From NCBI GenBank assembly GCA_018060545.1, contig JAGOVW010000004.1, positions 1 through 61,774 of the forward strand: a DNA stretch of 61,774 nt. The letters run 5' to 3'. The notes beneath the pieces were generated by a model. The model was given only the letters and a program-made list of their open reading frames with translations. It ran no database searches and was not told the origin of the DNA. Of this stretch, positions 40,093 through 49,686 are shown piece after piece; position 1 is the stretch's first letter; every line of letters starts with the position of its first letter. Both the position numbers and the translations under genes were made by a program. The stretch comes from Minisyncoccota bacterium (GTDB lineage Bacteria; Patescibacteriota; Minisyncoccia; Phycocordibacterales; UBA2100).

Positions 40093-40114
40093 ACGAGGCG
40101 CCAAGGCGCCTCGT
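40093..40114. terminator. Hairpin, terminator-like
   Basis: acgaggcgcc-aa-ggcgcctcgt, downstream of the 38-aa ORF. Confidence 0.55.
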
Positions 40115-40156
40115 TCAGTATTGCCTACACCTTCCAGGAGGTGCGCCTATATCAGG

Positions 40157-40273
40157 CTATGCTCGTGGAGGTCCGTGGAGTGGTAGAAGGAGGAGGCGCT
40201 CGAGCTCTGTGCGCTGCTCGTTGATTTGCTCTTCGAGCTGCAGCAATCGAGCTGTCGAAATCTTCTGAGACAT
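40157..40273 (-). CDS. Putative 38-aa coiled-coil peptide (MSQKISTARLLQLEEQINEQRTELERLLLLPLHGPPRA)
   Basis: Not in the ORF track. SD AAGGAG 6 nt before ATG, heptad-like Leu pattern, hairpin downstream. Confidence 0.5.
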   Translation of the reverse strand: MSQKISTARLLQLEEQINEQRTELERLLLLPLHGPPRA

Positions 40274-40353
40274 GCGAGTCTCCTTCTCGTTCCGCTTCGG
40301 ATTGAAGCTGCCTTCATCCTACTCGGGGACACCCAAAACACAAGTGTGCACAA

Positions 40354-41556
40354 CTACACCCCAAGAAGGGGGGTAAAGACCTTCTCTCGCATGGTGCGCG
40401 CGATCACTTTCCAATCATACTTTTCAATCACCATCATGCGTGCCGTTTCCACTACTTCCTTTACTTTTTCCGGCCGAGCCAGAATGTCGCGAACCGCCGC
40501 CGCAATTTGATCGGGTGCATTTTTATCTACCGCCCAGCCGGTGGTTTGTTTACCAGGATTGCGTTTCTCATCAAAAAGAAAGTCTGCAATCCCGCCTTCT
40601 TGTGTGGCAATCACCGGAATACCTGCCGCCATTGCTTCAACGAAAGAAATACCAAACCCTTCAGAGCGAGAGGGTCTAATAAATACATCTGCCGCGTGCA
40701 CGTACGCGGGTATGTGCTCTTGCTCGATATTTCCAATAAAACGCACTCTCTCTGCGACGCCCATCTCTTCAGCAAGTGCGCGGAGCATCGCCTCATCAGG
40801 ACCAGTCCCCGCAACAACAAATGTAACCCGCGGGTCTATATACGGCATCGCACGAATCACATCATCAACGGCATTTTTTTGCACCAGTCGGGACGTGGTA
40901 AGCAACATCACCGACCCTTCCGAAAGATTGCACTTCTGTTGTGCCACCTCAATCTCCTTTTGAGAGACCGCATGAAACCGCTCCGTATCTACGGCGTTTG
41001 GAATGACCTCTATGCGCCCTCGATACCCCATGCGGCGCGCCCATGTAGCGAGAAAGGTTGATAGAGGCTGCACTACGTCGGCGGCTGTAAAGGCCCGTCT
41101 AAAGAGCGGCCATAATGGGCGCATTTTTACCTCGATGTACTCTGGCGGATCCCCTTCCTGCAAATTGAGAATGTATTTCACGCGCGGGAAAAATATTTTG
41201 AACATCGCCGCAGGCACCCCAGTCGAGTGTGCCATCATTGCCCACGTGGCATCGAAATGATGTACACGGTGCAGCAGTACCGCATGCCACACGGCCCAGA
41301 ATTGAAAGAGTGGCTTATTCAAGACCAGCGGAAATCTCTTTAAGTCCGCCATAGACGGGTTTAGTGTGGTAACTCCAATGCGGTGCACCCACACATTTCC
41401 GAGTCGTTCCATTTTTGGCAGCGTGCTGTCGAATCTGTTCGTGAGCACATGGAACTCAACATCATCAATGCGATCGGTAATTTCTTTAATGGCAACTTCC
41501 GCCCCTCCCACGTGTTTGGGGAAATAAGCCAGGCTGAAAATAAGAACTTTTTTCAT
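40354..41556 (-). CDS. GT4 glycosyltransferase
   Basis: VGGAEVAI, SRLVQKN, PSRSEGFGISFVEAMAAG. Confidence 0.92.
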   Translation of the reverse strand: MKKVLIFSLAYFPKHVGGAEVAIKEITDRIDDVEFHVLTNRFDSTLPKMERLGNVWVHRIGVTTLNPSMADLKRFPLVLNKPLFQFWAVWHAVLLHRVHHFDATWAMMAHSTGVPAAMFKIFFPRVKYILNLQEGDPPEYIEVKMRPLWPLFRRAFTAADVVQPLSTFLATWARRMGYRGRIEVIPNAVDTERFHAVSQKEIEVAQQKCNLSEGSVMLLTTSRLVQKNAVDDVIRAMPYIDPRVTFVVAGTGPDEAMLRALAEEMGVAERVRFIGNIEQEHIPAYVHAADVFIRPSRSEGFGISFVEAMAAGIPVIATQEGGIADFLFDEKRNPGKQTTGWAVDKNAPDQIAAAVRDILARPEKVKEVVETARMMVIEKYDWKVIARTMREKVFTPLLGV

Positions 41557-41559
41557 GTG

Positions 41560-43014
41560 TTACTTGTCCATCCGCTTCTGGAGGTACTGCCCATAGACAA
41601 ACCTAAGTTGATTGGCGAAGGCATCTCCGTCCCCCATGGTGGTGCGCAGTTTCGTCATACTGGATAGCGCCTGCGCAGTTTTGCCCTGGAGAGGTGTCGA
41701 TGCGTACACCTGATCCGCACGGCGCAGAATGAAACGCAGAATGCCGCGCGTCACCGAGGATGTAGCAATGTCCTGATCAGCTAGAGTCACCAAAAGCGGT
41801 AAGCCCGTGAACTGTTTTAACAGGAGCGCTGCAAGCGCTGCGTAGCTCGCCATCAAGGACCACGCAAAAGAATACTGGTGCTCGCGGTGCAGCTGCGCAG
41901 CTTTACGCGCGCCCAAAATCGGCAGCAGCAGCTTGTCGACAGGATTTCCAAAGCCTACATGATGCACGGTGGCATTTGATACGGGGCACATTGCTTCGGT
42001 CGCTTCGCTCGTGAGTCTTGCAGTGACGATATCAAAATGTACCTCAGGCATTGCCCGCATCACATCACACAGCGCTTCCTCGGCGGGGCCAGTTACCGGA
42101 TGAAATGCCGTAGTGAACACCAGCACTCGCGAACCCAGGGCAGCCGTACCGGCTTCTTGTTGTAAAAAAGTGTGTACGTCATCTTCGAGCGAGCGTTTTG
42201 CTTCCCAACCGAGCGCTCGCGATTTTGAGGTGTCGATGCCAGAGGTCATACGGTTTCCTCGACGCTCCGGGAGCATCACGATTTGCCGATTGAACAGCCG
42301 TGCCACTTCCAAAATTGAATACGCCTTTTCATTGCCGAGTGCATACCCGTCGCCTTGGCCCTTCTCACCCACGAGTATCAGACCGTCTACGATATCGTCT
42401 ACATGGGTGAAGTTACGTTGCTGCGTCCCTGGCGAGGTAACGGTGAGTAACCCGCCGTGTTTATAGATTCCTTTAAAGATGCCGATCAGCGTACCGTACC
42501 TGCCTGCCCGCTCGTTCTTGCCAAACACATTGTAGAAATAGGTAATGGCATAGTTGAGTCCATACCATTCGCCGAAATTGCGCACGAGCTCGGTGTTGGT
42601 TGCTTTCGTCCAGCCATACGGTGTCGCGTCACGCGCCTTTCCGTCATCACCAAATTTCGTACTCGATCCTGCGTACACGAGTTTTGCCTTCTTGCGTCTG
42701 CAAAAATCGGCGACTGCAAAGGTGCCGACTTTATTTGCTTCCCAAATGAGTTTCGGATCTTCTTCAAGACTCTGCTCGACACGAGCATATTCGCCCAAGT
42801 GGTATACCAGATCAGGAGATTCCGGAACGAGTGTGTCGATATCTTTCGTATGTCCCACGCGAAATTCCACACCATGAGGAACTTCAGACACTGATCCCGC
42901 GAAGAGGCTGTCGAGCGCAATAACTTGGTGCCCTGCCTCAGCAAGGCGAGCACACAAGTTTGAGCCGACAAACCCGGCTCCACCAGTCACCACGATGAGT
43001 TTTTTTCCCTCCAT
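41560..43014 (-). CDS. NAD-dependent sugar epimerase/dehydratase fused to a GT4 N-terminal-like half domain
   Basis: VTGGAGFVGS, YGWTK, YFYNVFG, RNFTHVDD. C-terminal RVLVFTTAFHPVTGPAEEAL resembles the start of the next gene (KVLIFSLAYFPKHVGGAEVAI). Confidence 0.85.
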   Translation of the reverse strand: MEGKKLIVVTGGAGFVGSNLCARLAEAGHQVIALDSLFAGSVSEVPHGVEFRVGHTKDIDTLVPESPDLVYHLGEYARVEQSLEEDPKLIWEANKVGTFAVADFCRRKKAKLVYAGSSTKFGDDGKARDATPYGWTKATNTELVRNFGEWYGLNYAITYFYNVFGKNERAGRYGTLIGIFKGIYKHGGLLTVTSPGTQQRNFTHVDDIVDGLILVGEKGQGDGYALGNEKAYSILEVARLFNRQIVMLPERRGNRMTSGIDTSKSRALGWEAKRSLEDDVHTFLQQEAGTAALGSRVLVFTTAFHPVTGPAEEALCDVMRAMPEVHFDIVTARLTSEATEAMCPVSNATVHHVGFGNPVDKLLLPILGARKAAQLHREHQYSFAWSLMASYAALAALLLKQFTGLPLLVTLADQDIATSSVTRGILRFILRRADQVYASTPLQGKTAQALSSMTKLRTTMGDGDAFANQLRFVYGQYLQKRMDK

Positions 43015-43023
43015 AAGGAGAGG

Positions 43024-44580
43024 TTACCGTGCTTCTTCGTCCGCATCAATGATGGTCCACTTCGACGCATCAATGTACGCTGGGTCATCGTGTTTTCCAC
43101 TTTCTGCAACAGTGGCCTCGTCACTTCTGACTTCCACAGGAAGCGCATACAAAAGACCTGCCCCCACCACGCTCAGCATACCCACCAGCGCAACAATCCA
43201 TCCCCAGTGCGGCAATGATCCAAAGATGTGGCCAGCGCTTGCCACTTGCCCTGATGATTGCGCCACCGATGACTCAGTTGTTGTTGCCATGTCATGAGCA
43301 CCCTCTTGTGCATCAACACTATCTTGCTGCACTATCTCTGCCGCGTTACCATTCTTCCGCGATGATGCGCTCACGGGCATTGCCTTACTTGTCATAGGCG
43401 AACCAAGAGAGCTGGCAACGGGTGTCACCGTGACTGGTGGGGCACTCTCTTCAGCGAGCAATGCCTCACGCCCATTTGGGTACACGAGAGCTGGTAGTCC
43501 TGGTGGCAGTTTGGTTGCGTCCTGGCGAAGGGTACTGGTTCCTCTTCTGAGCAAAATGGTATTTTTCGGAATGGTGAAAAAAATATCACCGACGCGTACA
43601 TGCCAAAACGATAGGTCTATATCTCGCGTGCTCGCATTTAAAATCTGCACCGCACCATCGTCGAGTCTCTTCACGGTGAGATGCGGTTGCTCTGCAGTAA
43701 CAGTGATTCGGTGTGTTCCCACGTACTTACCACTCGATACATCGAGTACTACTACGTACACACCTGGATGAGCAAAATGATGCGACACAACGACACCTTC
43801 ACCCACTGCACCGTCCCCGAAATTCCAGACGTAACGAACACCATTCCCTTCCAAAAGTTCTCCATCTTTTGAGAGCGCCTTTCCCTCAAAAATTGAATCA
43901 GCACCGACCAGCACGAAGCGATCTTTCCCTGCGTGCGCATATATCTGAGGTTCTACAGGAAACGATGAACCTCCCACCACGGCAGTGCCTGTCGTTGCCG
44001 AATTTGCCTCACCAGTCGGTGGCACCTCGTCGTCTACCTCCTCTCCTGTAACACCACCACCCAACACCACCAATGTGCCCGATCCCGGAGTGGATACTTG
44101 GGCAACAAAAGATGAACTATTGCTTGCCACACGGCTCAGCGTCCTCCCATCTCCTGCAGCGCCACTTTCAGCGGTATACGTGACGGCATCCCGATCAACG
44201 AGGTCAGCGTCGCGCAGCACGAGCTGCTCACCAGAATTCGAAAGACTGAACGCACTATCGAGCAACATGCCAGAGTAAGAAGGATTATCGGTGAGAAACT
44301 TTGCAGGATTATCAGCAATCACTGCGTACACCCCTGATCCTAGTGACACTCCTCCCTGGAACTCCGTAAACTTGTGATTCGTTTCTGCTTCGAATAGTCG
44401 CCAGGTCGTTACATCGATTGCATGTGAGCCGCTATTGAATAGCTCTACCCACTCTCGCCCCGTGTCTGACCCTACTTCCAAATCAAACATGACCTCACTT
44501 AAGAGGAGCTGCGCATGCGCGGCAGAAGGGACAAAAACCATCGTAAAAAAGATGAATATGGCGCGAATACTATTCGCCAT
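43024..44580 (-). CDS. Surface protein: lamin-tail domain + PKD domain + C-terminal TM
   Basis: Signal peptide ending AHA; LLSEVMFD, EWVELFN, FSLSNSGE; YVWNFGDG...HHFAHPGVYVV; C-terminal WIVALVGMLSVVGAGLLY. Start uncertain. Confidence 0.8.
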   Translation of the reverse strand: MANSIRAIFIFFTMVFVPSAAHAQLLLSEVMFDLEVGSDTGREWVELFNSGSHAIDVTTWRLFEAETNHKFTEFQGGVSLGSGVYAVIADNPAKFLTDNPSYSGMLLDSAFSLSNSGEQLVLRDADLVDRDAVTYTAESGAAGDGRTLSRVASNSSSFVAQVSTPGSGTLVVLGGGVTGEEVDDEVPPTGEANSATTGTAVVGGSSFPVEPQIYAHAGKDRFVLVGADSIFEGKALSKDGELLEGNGVRYVWNFGDGAVGEGVVVSHHFAHPGVYVVVLDVSSGKYVGTHRITVTAEQPHLTVKRLDDGAVQILNASTRDIDLSFWHVRVGDIFFTIPKNTILLRRGTSTLRQDATKLPPGLPALVYPNGREALLAEESAPPVTVTPVASSLGSPMTSKAMPVSASSRKNGNAAEIVQQDSVDAQEGAHDMATTTESSVAQSSGQVASAGHIFGSLPHWGWIVALVGMLSVVGAGLLYALPVEVRSDEATVAESGKHDDPAYIDASKWTIIDADEEAR

Positions 44581-46741
44581 ACAGCAGCCGACGCACGGTT
44601 TCCGGGTCCACATCATCATCTGAGGCAAGGGTGTTCGCACGTGCAGGTGTGTCGCGTACATCGCTTCTCTGCTCTTGCGCCCGTTCTACAGGCGGAACAG
44701 GAGTCTCGCGCACTGGCTGTACTGGTTGTGGACCCTGCCTGTTTTGCGGCCGTTCTTGCTGCCGATGTTGCCCTTCCTGTGGACGTGCTGGAGCGGGCGC
44801 TGCTGAAGGATGTGTGGGTCGTGCAACAGGTGGACGTGGCGCAGGGGCAGCCTGTGCCGGTGCGGGCGCAGGCTTCTGAGTATCTGCTGCTTGCGCCCGT
44901 GCTTTAGCAGCTTCAATAGCTGCCTTGAGCGCGTTTCTCTCCTGCTTTTCTTGTGGTCGCTCTGCGGGTCGTGCAGGGCCCGCCGTTGATGCGGGCACAG
45001 ACGTACGTGGAGCATGGTTCGGACGCTGCTGGGTTGAACGCAACAGGTCCGCAGGTGAACGTGCGGGTTGCATCGCCGTGCGTTCAGTGCGTGGTGCGAC
45101 CGGTGGCGCACTCTGCTGCGGCATCGGCGGCCTCACCGCTGGTGGCACTGGTTCATGCCGATCCTCTGTCCACGATGCAGGTTCCCTACTTTCGCGGGGC
45201 CCGTCGGAAAGTGCCGATTCCCGCATCGGCTCCGCTGGTGGCATTGGCCGCTCTTGTGGCCGCTCACTCGGGCGGTCACTTCTGTCGCTTCTATACGGGG
45301 GCCGATCATCGCTTCGCCGAGGGCGATCGTTATTTCCGAACGAAGGCTTTCCACCTCCAAAGCGCGGCACCCCTCCCGGCCCTTTTTGCCCGGGCCCTTT
45401 TGAGCTATCTTCTTTGTGTTTCGATTTTGCCGCTTCCTGCCACTTTTCGTTTGCGTCACGAATAACCTTTTCTACATCGGCACGCAGTCGCCCATATGCC
45501 GCACGCGTATGCTTGATAATATCTTCTCTGAACGAAACGCCTGGTTCTTCAATGGGAGGGATGGTATGTGCAGAAAAAGGTGCAGAACCAACTCCGTCAA
45601 TCATGAGCGTGAGGTAAATCTCTCCACGGCCAAGTCCGACCATGTCCTCAGGGATAAATGTGGGGGCAAACACAGGCTCTAAAAATTGCGCATCCATCGG
45701 GCCCACACGGAAAATTACCGTTGACCCCACGTTTCCAAACACCGCATTGCGCACCTCCTCGGGCATCTGCTCGATATACTGGTTTGCAATCGTGAGACAC
45801 AATTTATACTTACGAGCTTCAGAAAGAATATTTTCGAACGCTTCGTTCACCACGTTTTGGAATTCATCCACATAGAAATAACACTGCGGCAATGTCTTCA
45901 TGACATGCGCAGGTTCTTCAGCGCGAGAGAGCGCTGCCAGATAGACCTTGATCACGAGCATACTTCCCAGAAGTGCTGCATTAGCCTCACCCATGCGTCC
46001 TTTCGAGAGATTCACAATGACAATCTTGCGTTCGTCCATCATCTTTCGCAGATCAAAGGTTGATTTTGGCTGCCCGAGAATGTTGCGGATGAGCGGATTC
46101 GAAACGAACTGACCAATCTTGTTTTGAATTGCAGGCGTCGCTTCTTGTGTATAGCGATCACCATAGTTTGCAAACTCCTCTTTCCAAAACGACGCCACAA
46201 TAGGGTCGGTGATGTATTCGACCACATCGGCCCGAAAGGCCTTGTTCACGAGCATGCGATTCACGTCAATAATGGTGGCGCCTGGGTACTCGAGAAGCGC
46301 AAACAGTGTGTTCTGCAGAATGTACTGCATACGGGCGCTCCATGAATCTGCCCAGATGCGCTCAAACACACCCATGAGTCCTGCGACCACTTTGTGGCGG
46401 TTGTCGTACCCCACATCTTCAAGAATGTTGAAGCCTAAAGGGAATTCCGTATCAAAAGGTGCGAGATAGAGCGTGTCTTTAATGCGGTCTTCAGGAATGA
46501 AGTCGAGCAGCTTTTCTGCGGTTGAGCCGTGCGGGTCAATAAAGACCACTCCTTCCCCACTTTGAATATCTTGGATCGCCATGTTTTCAAGCATGGTTGA
46601 TTTACCCATACCTGATTTACCAATCACATAGAAATGTTTGTCGCGATCTTTGGCACGCACACCAAAAGCGCGGTGCTGTCCGCGTGTGTGTGTTGTCGCA
46701 AAATAGTTAATGCGCTCTGGGTCATTTATCCAGGCTGGCAT
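44570..46741 (-). CDS. VirD4/TraG/HerA-like P-loop ATPase with long Pro/Arg-rich low-complexity tail
   Basis: Walker A GKSGMGKS, IDPHG, Walker B YVDEFQN, SEARKY.L.LT.ANQY. Last ~290 aa look disordered. Start MPAWIND. Confidence 0.85.
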   Translation of the reverse strand: MPAWINDPERINYFATTHTRGQHRAFGVRAKDRDKHFYVIGKSGMGKSTMLENMAIQDIQSGEGVVFIDPHGSTAEKLLDFIPEDRIKDTLYLAPFDTEFPLGFNILEDVGYDNRHKVVAGLMGVFERIWADSWSARMQYILQNTLFALLEYPGATIIDVNRMLVNKAFRADVVEYITDPIVASFWKEEFANYGDRYTQEATPAIQNKIGQFVSNPLIRNILGQPKSTFDLRKMMDERKIVIVNLSKGRMGEANAALLGSMLVIKVYLAALSRAEEPAHVMKTLPQCYFYVDEFQNVVNEAFENILSEARKYKLCLTIANQYIEQMPEEVRNAVFGNVGSTVIFRVGPMDAQFLEPVFAPTFIPEDMVGLGRGEIYLTLMIDGVGSAPFSAHTIPPIEEPGVSFREDIIKHTRAAYGRLRADVEKVIRDANEKWQEAAKSKHKEDSSKGPGQKGPGGVPRFGGGKPSFGNNDRPRRSDDRPPYRSDRSDRPSERPQERPMPPAEPMRESALSDGPRESREPASWTEDRHEPVPPAVRPPMPQQSAPPVAPRTERTAMQPARSPADLLRSTQQRPNHAPRTSVPASTAGPARPAERPQEKQERNALKAAIEAAKARAQAADTQKPAPAPAQAAPAPRPPVARPTHPSAAPAPARPQEGQHRQQERPQNRQGPQPVQPVRETPVPPVERAQEQRSDVRDTPARANTLASDDDVDPETVRRLLYGE

Positions 46742-46847
46742 ACCGATAGTATACTCGCAGCTACTCCGGTGGCGAGACAGGTGTGGGGTACAGCACACGA
46801 CAAAGCGGCGCATTTCTGCGCCGCTTGCGATCAATGCGTCATCCGCA

Positions 46848-47045
46848 TTACTGCTTCACGAGCGAAGCGATAGCGGGACGCGGACGTACTGGCGTCGGAT
46901 TCTTCTGTTCAGCGATATATTGCGCACGCCCTTCAGCAAAGGCGGCCTCAAGGTTTCGCTGCACGACGATGCCGCTTATCCAGTAGAAACCCACGAGGAT
47001 AACCGCGTGAATCCCGACAAAGAGAAAAAAGTCGCGCACACTCAT
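46848..47045 (-). CDS. Small single-TM hypothetical protein
   Basis: FFLFVGIHAVILVGFYWISGIVV TM segment; TACCAT-7nt-ATG. Confidence 0.5.
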   Translation of the reverse strand: MSVRDFFLFVGIHAVILVGFYWISGIVVQRNLEAAFAEGRAQYIAEQKNPTPVRPRPAIASLVKQ

Positions 47046-47156
47046 CATGGTCATGGTACTCACCTTTTCCTAAGCGCCCAGCTGCCGCCAGTATGCAGTA
47101 GTTCTTGTGCCACGCAAGCAGTGGATAAGTTGTTACTGAAACCTGTGTATCCAACG

Positions 47157-48389
47157 TTATTCAGGCAACAACCCTGCTTTAGTGTAGTGGTTGCTTGGCG
47201 CCCAGAGCATCCAAGAATTAAGGCCTACGTCGTAGGTCGCTTGGATTTGGTCACGCACTTCCTTGGGCCCATAGTCGCCACCATAGTCGAAATCTTGCAG
47301 CCAAGGACGCATCATGGTCGCCGGATACGAGGGCTTTCTATACACCGCTGGCGTAGAGGTACCAATGCGCTCGTATGCAAAAGAGCCAATTGGGGTTGTC
47401 GTTGCAACGGTGCGCCGCACGGCGTGCTCCATTGCAAAGTGGATGACTCCATACACATGATAGTTTGGATTTGCCCATCCGTTAAATCGTGGCGGGTAGT
47501 GCGACGGATAGACCATGGGTGCAATGTAGTCAAAATACGGCATGGCCCGTTCGAGGACTTGCCCTATGGAGAGATCGTCTAGGTTGGTCGTCGTCATGCC
47601 AAACAGATCTGCCGAGATAATCGGCATATGCTGATCCTGTTCGACCTTCATGTGCTCATGAAGGTACTTGAAAAACTTTTCTACTTGTTCCGGTTTCGGT
47701 GCAGTCGTTCTGCTGTACACAGCTTCTGCCATAGGCCCGTCTGAAGGAAAACGAATGTAATCGAAATTAATTTCATCGACACCAAGTGCATGCGCTTCGC
47801 GAGCCAGCTTCACCACATGATCCCAATACTCAGTTGCACCAACGTCTACAAACGCGAGCCCTTTGTTATCGCGCCACACGCCACCACCTTTGCGCTGCAC
47901 CGCCTGGTCTGGATGCACTTTTGTATACAGCGGATCTTGGAATACAGTCAGTCTCCCAATAACGTAGATGTTCTCTGCATGCATAGCTTTCACGAGGTCG
48001 CGGAAATCATCAACGGTGCATCCTTTCCCATCAGGGATGGCCGTTTCTGATGGGAATGCCACAGTGCCTGAGTAGTCTTTCAGGTCTACAATGATGCTGT
48101 TTATTTCAGTGGTGCGTGCCAGCTCGAAGAGTTCGTCTCGGAATGATTGCGAACTGGCCGCGCATTGCGACATGTACACTGCCTTCACCTGTGTTGGTGT
48201 TGCCATGTGTTCCACGCGCGGGGGAAGGGGCTTTGCGGGTACCACCGGCTCAACTTGCCCCAGCGCTGCACGCACGCGCATAAAAGTAGCAGATGCTGGC
48301 AGAGGAATATGCTGGATGAGACTTTCTGGAGCAAACAAGGCTCCCCCTAGAAGCAAAGCGCCCGAAAGCGCCGCTATCTTACTGTACAT
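47157..48389 (-). CDS. Putative glycoside hydrolase, DUF4015-like, N-terminally anchored
   Basis: VKAVY, NSIIVDLKD, GRLTVFQDP, DEINFDYIRFPSDG, IGQ, PMVYPSHY, RPWLQDF. Confidence 0.82.
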   Translation of the reverse strand: MYSKIAALSGALLLGGALFAPESLIQHIPLPASATFMRVRAALGQVEPVVPAKPLPPRVEHMATPTQVKAVYMSQCAASSQSFRDELFELARTTEINSIIVDLKDYSGTVAFPSETAIPDGKGCTVDDFRDLVKAMHAENIYVIGRLTVFQDPLYTKVHPDQAVQRKGGGVWRDNKGLAFVDVGATEYWDHVVKLAREAHALGVDEINFDYIRFPSDGPMAEAVYSRTTAPKPEQVEKFFKYLHEHMKVEQDQHMPIISADLFGMTTTNLDDLSIGQVLERAMPYFDYIAPMVYPSHYPPRFNGWANPNYHVYGVIHFAMEHAVRRTVATTTPIGSFAYERIGTSTPAVYRKPSYPATMMRPWLQDFDYGGDYGPKEVRDQIQATYDVGLNSWMLWAPSNHYTKAGLLPE

Positions 48390-48579
48390 ATGGCTGTTGC
48401 GTAGATCGAATCCTCTCTTCCGTACGCAGACGACTCGAACGTCGGACGGCTATTCCCACAAACACCACACTCATACCAAGTATGACAAACATAACCATGT
48501 CCCAAGAATTTGGAAAACCTAAGAAAGGGAGAAATGCGGTAAAGCCACCCAGAAGCATCAAGAGTACATCTTTCGTCAT
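48379..48579 (-). CDS. Small two-TM hypothetical protein
   Basis: LLMLLGGFTAFLPFLGFPNSWDMVMFVILGMSVVFVG; TATACT-7nt-ATG. Confidence 0.65.
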   Translation of the reverse strand: MTKDVLLMLLGGFTAFLPFLGFPNSWDMVMFVILGMSVVFVGIAVRRSSRLRTEERIRSTQQPYVQ

Positions 48580-48637
48580 GGGATGAAGTATACCTGCACT
48601 CATCGCGTTCGAGCAATGTGCACGGAGCGAGCGCATA

Positions 48638-49324
48638 CTACTTTTTATGTACCGGCGAAAACAGGACCACGAACTCGCCCTTCTGTTTCTCCGGCATTGA
48701 GCTCAATCTGAGCAAGAGCTCGCTTGGACTCCCTGAAAGGACCTCTTCGTACATCTTCGTGAGCTCACGGGCCAACACGACGTGCCGCTCATCACCTACC
48801 AAACTCGACAATTCGCTGAGCAACTTCATGATGCGGTGCGTAGATTCAAAGAAAACCGCAGTACCCTCGTGCGCTACCACACCCTTGAGAAAGGTTTGCC
48901 GACCTTTTTTGTGTGGAACGAATCCCAGGAACAAGAGATTTTCTGCAGGAAGACCCGATATTGAAAGTGCGGCAGTAAGCGATGATGGCCCGGGGATAGC
49001 ATCCACGCGCACGCCCGCTTCCCGTGCATAGGAGACCAAACGAACCCCTGGATCAGAGACCGTTGGTGTCCCCGCGTCAGAAACCAGTGCAATGTGCTTA
49101 CCTTCTTCCAGATCTTGAATAATGCGCCCAACGCTCTCGCGCTCTTTGTGAGCATCAAGACGCACCACTTTAGTATGCAAATCGTAGTGCGAGAGTAGCC
49201 GCATCGTCACTCGTGTATCCTCCGCAAGAATATAGTCGGCCTCTTTCAAGACGCGCAACGCACGAAGGGTAATGTCTTCGAGGTTGCCTATTGGTGTGGC
49301 GACGATAGAGAGTCTACCTTGCAT
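48638..49324 (-). CDS. rsmI: 16S rRNA C1402 2'-O-methyltransferase
   Basis: VATPIGNLEDITLRAL, AEDTR, VSDAGTP.VSDPG, FESTHR, RELTK.YEE, KGEFV. Confidence 0.96.
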   Translation of the reverse strand: MQGRLSIVATPIGNLEDITLRALRVLKEADYILAEDTRVTMRLLSHYDLHTKVVRLDAHKERESVGRIIQDLEEGKHIALVSDAGTPTVSDPGVRLVSYAREAGVRVDAIPGPSSLTAALSISGLPAENLLFLGFVPHKKGRQTFLKGVVAHEGTAVFFESTHRIMKLLSELSSLVGDERHVVLARELTKMYEEVLSGSPSELLLRLSSMPEKQKGEFVVLFSPVHKK

Positions 49325-49375
49325 ATAGCCTTATTATATGGCATAATTTGAAGGGATGCAACAGGGGAACACTCA

Positions 49376-49630
49376 ATGATCGCACCCATCAAGCAAAAAG
49401 GCACTGAAGAGCTCGGCGAGCGTACGCTTATCCTTGCCTCAATAGCAACCACGCTCACCCTCGTGGCCTGCACGTACACCACGTGCATGGTGCTGGGTGC
49501 CGCAAGCACCTATCGAGGCCCATCGGCCTGGGTCGAGTTCGCATATGCAACGCTCGCCGTCTGCGGCTTCGCCATGGTCGCAGTAAGTGGCTGGCTGACT
49601 ATCGACCTCTGGCGGCAAGTGGCCTCATAA
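49376..49630 (+). CDS. Small two-TM hypothetical protein
   Basis: Two hydrophobic stretches; fills the gap between rsmI and murA. Confidence 0.4.
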   Translation: MIAPIKQKGTEELGERTLILASIATTLTLVACTYTTCMVLGAASTYRGPSAWVEFAYATLAVCGFAMVAVSGWLTIDLWRQVAS

Positions 49631-49686
49631 AGGGTCGCACTCACTCAACCCATACGCGCCGGACCACATGGTCCGAGCGCGACCTT

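Noticed and set aside
44925-45617. Several 100-230-aa ORFs on both strands
   Set aside because: Artefacts of the GC-rich low-complexity tail of the ATPase.
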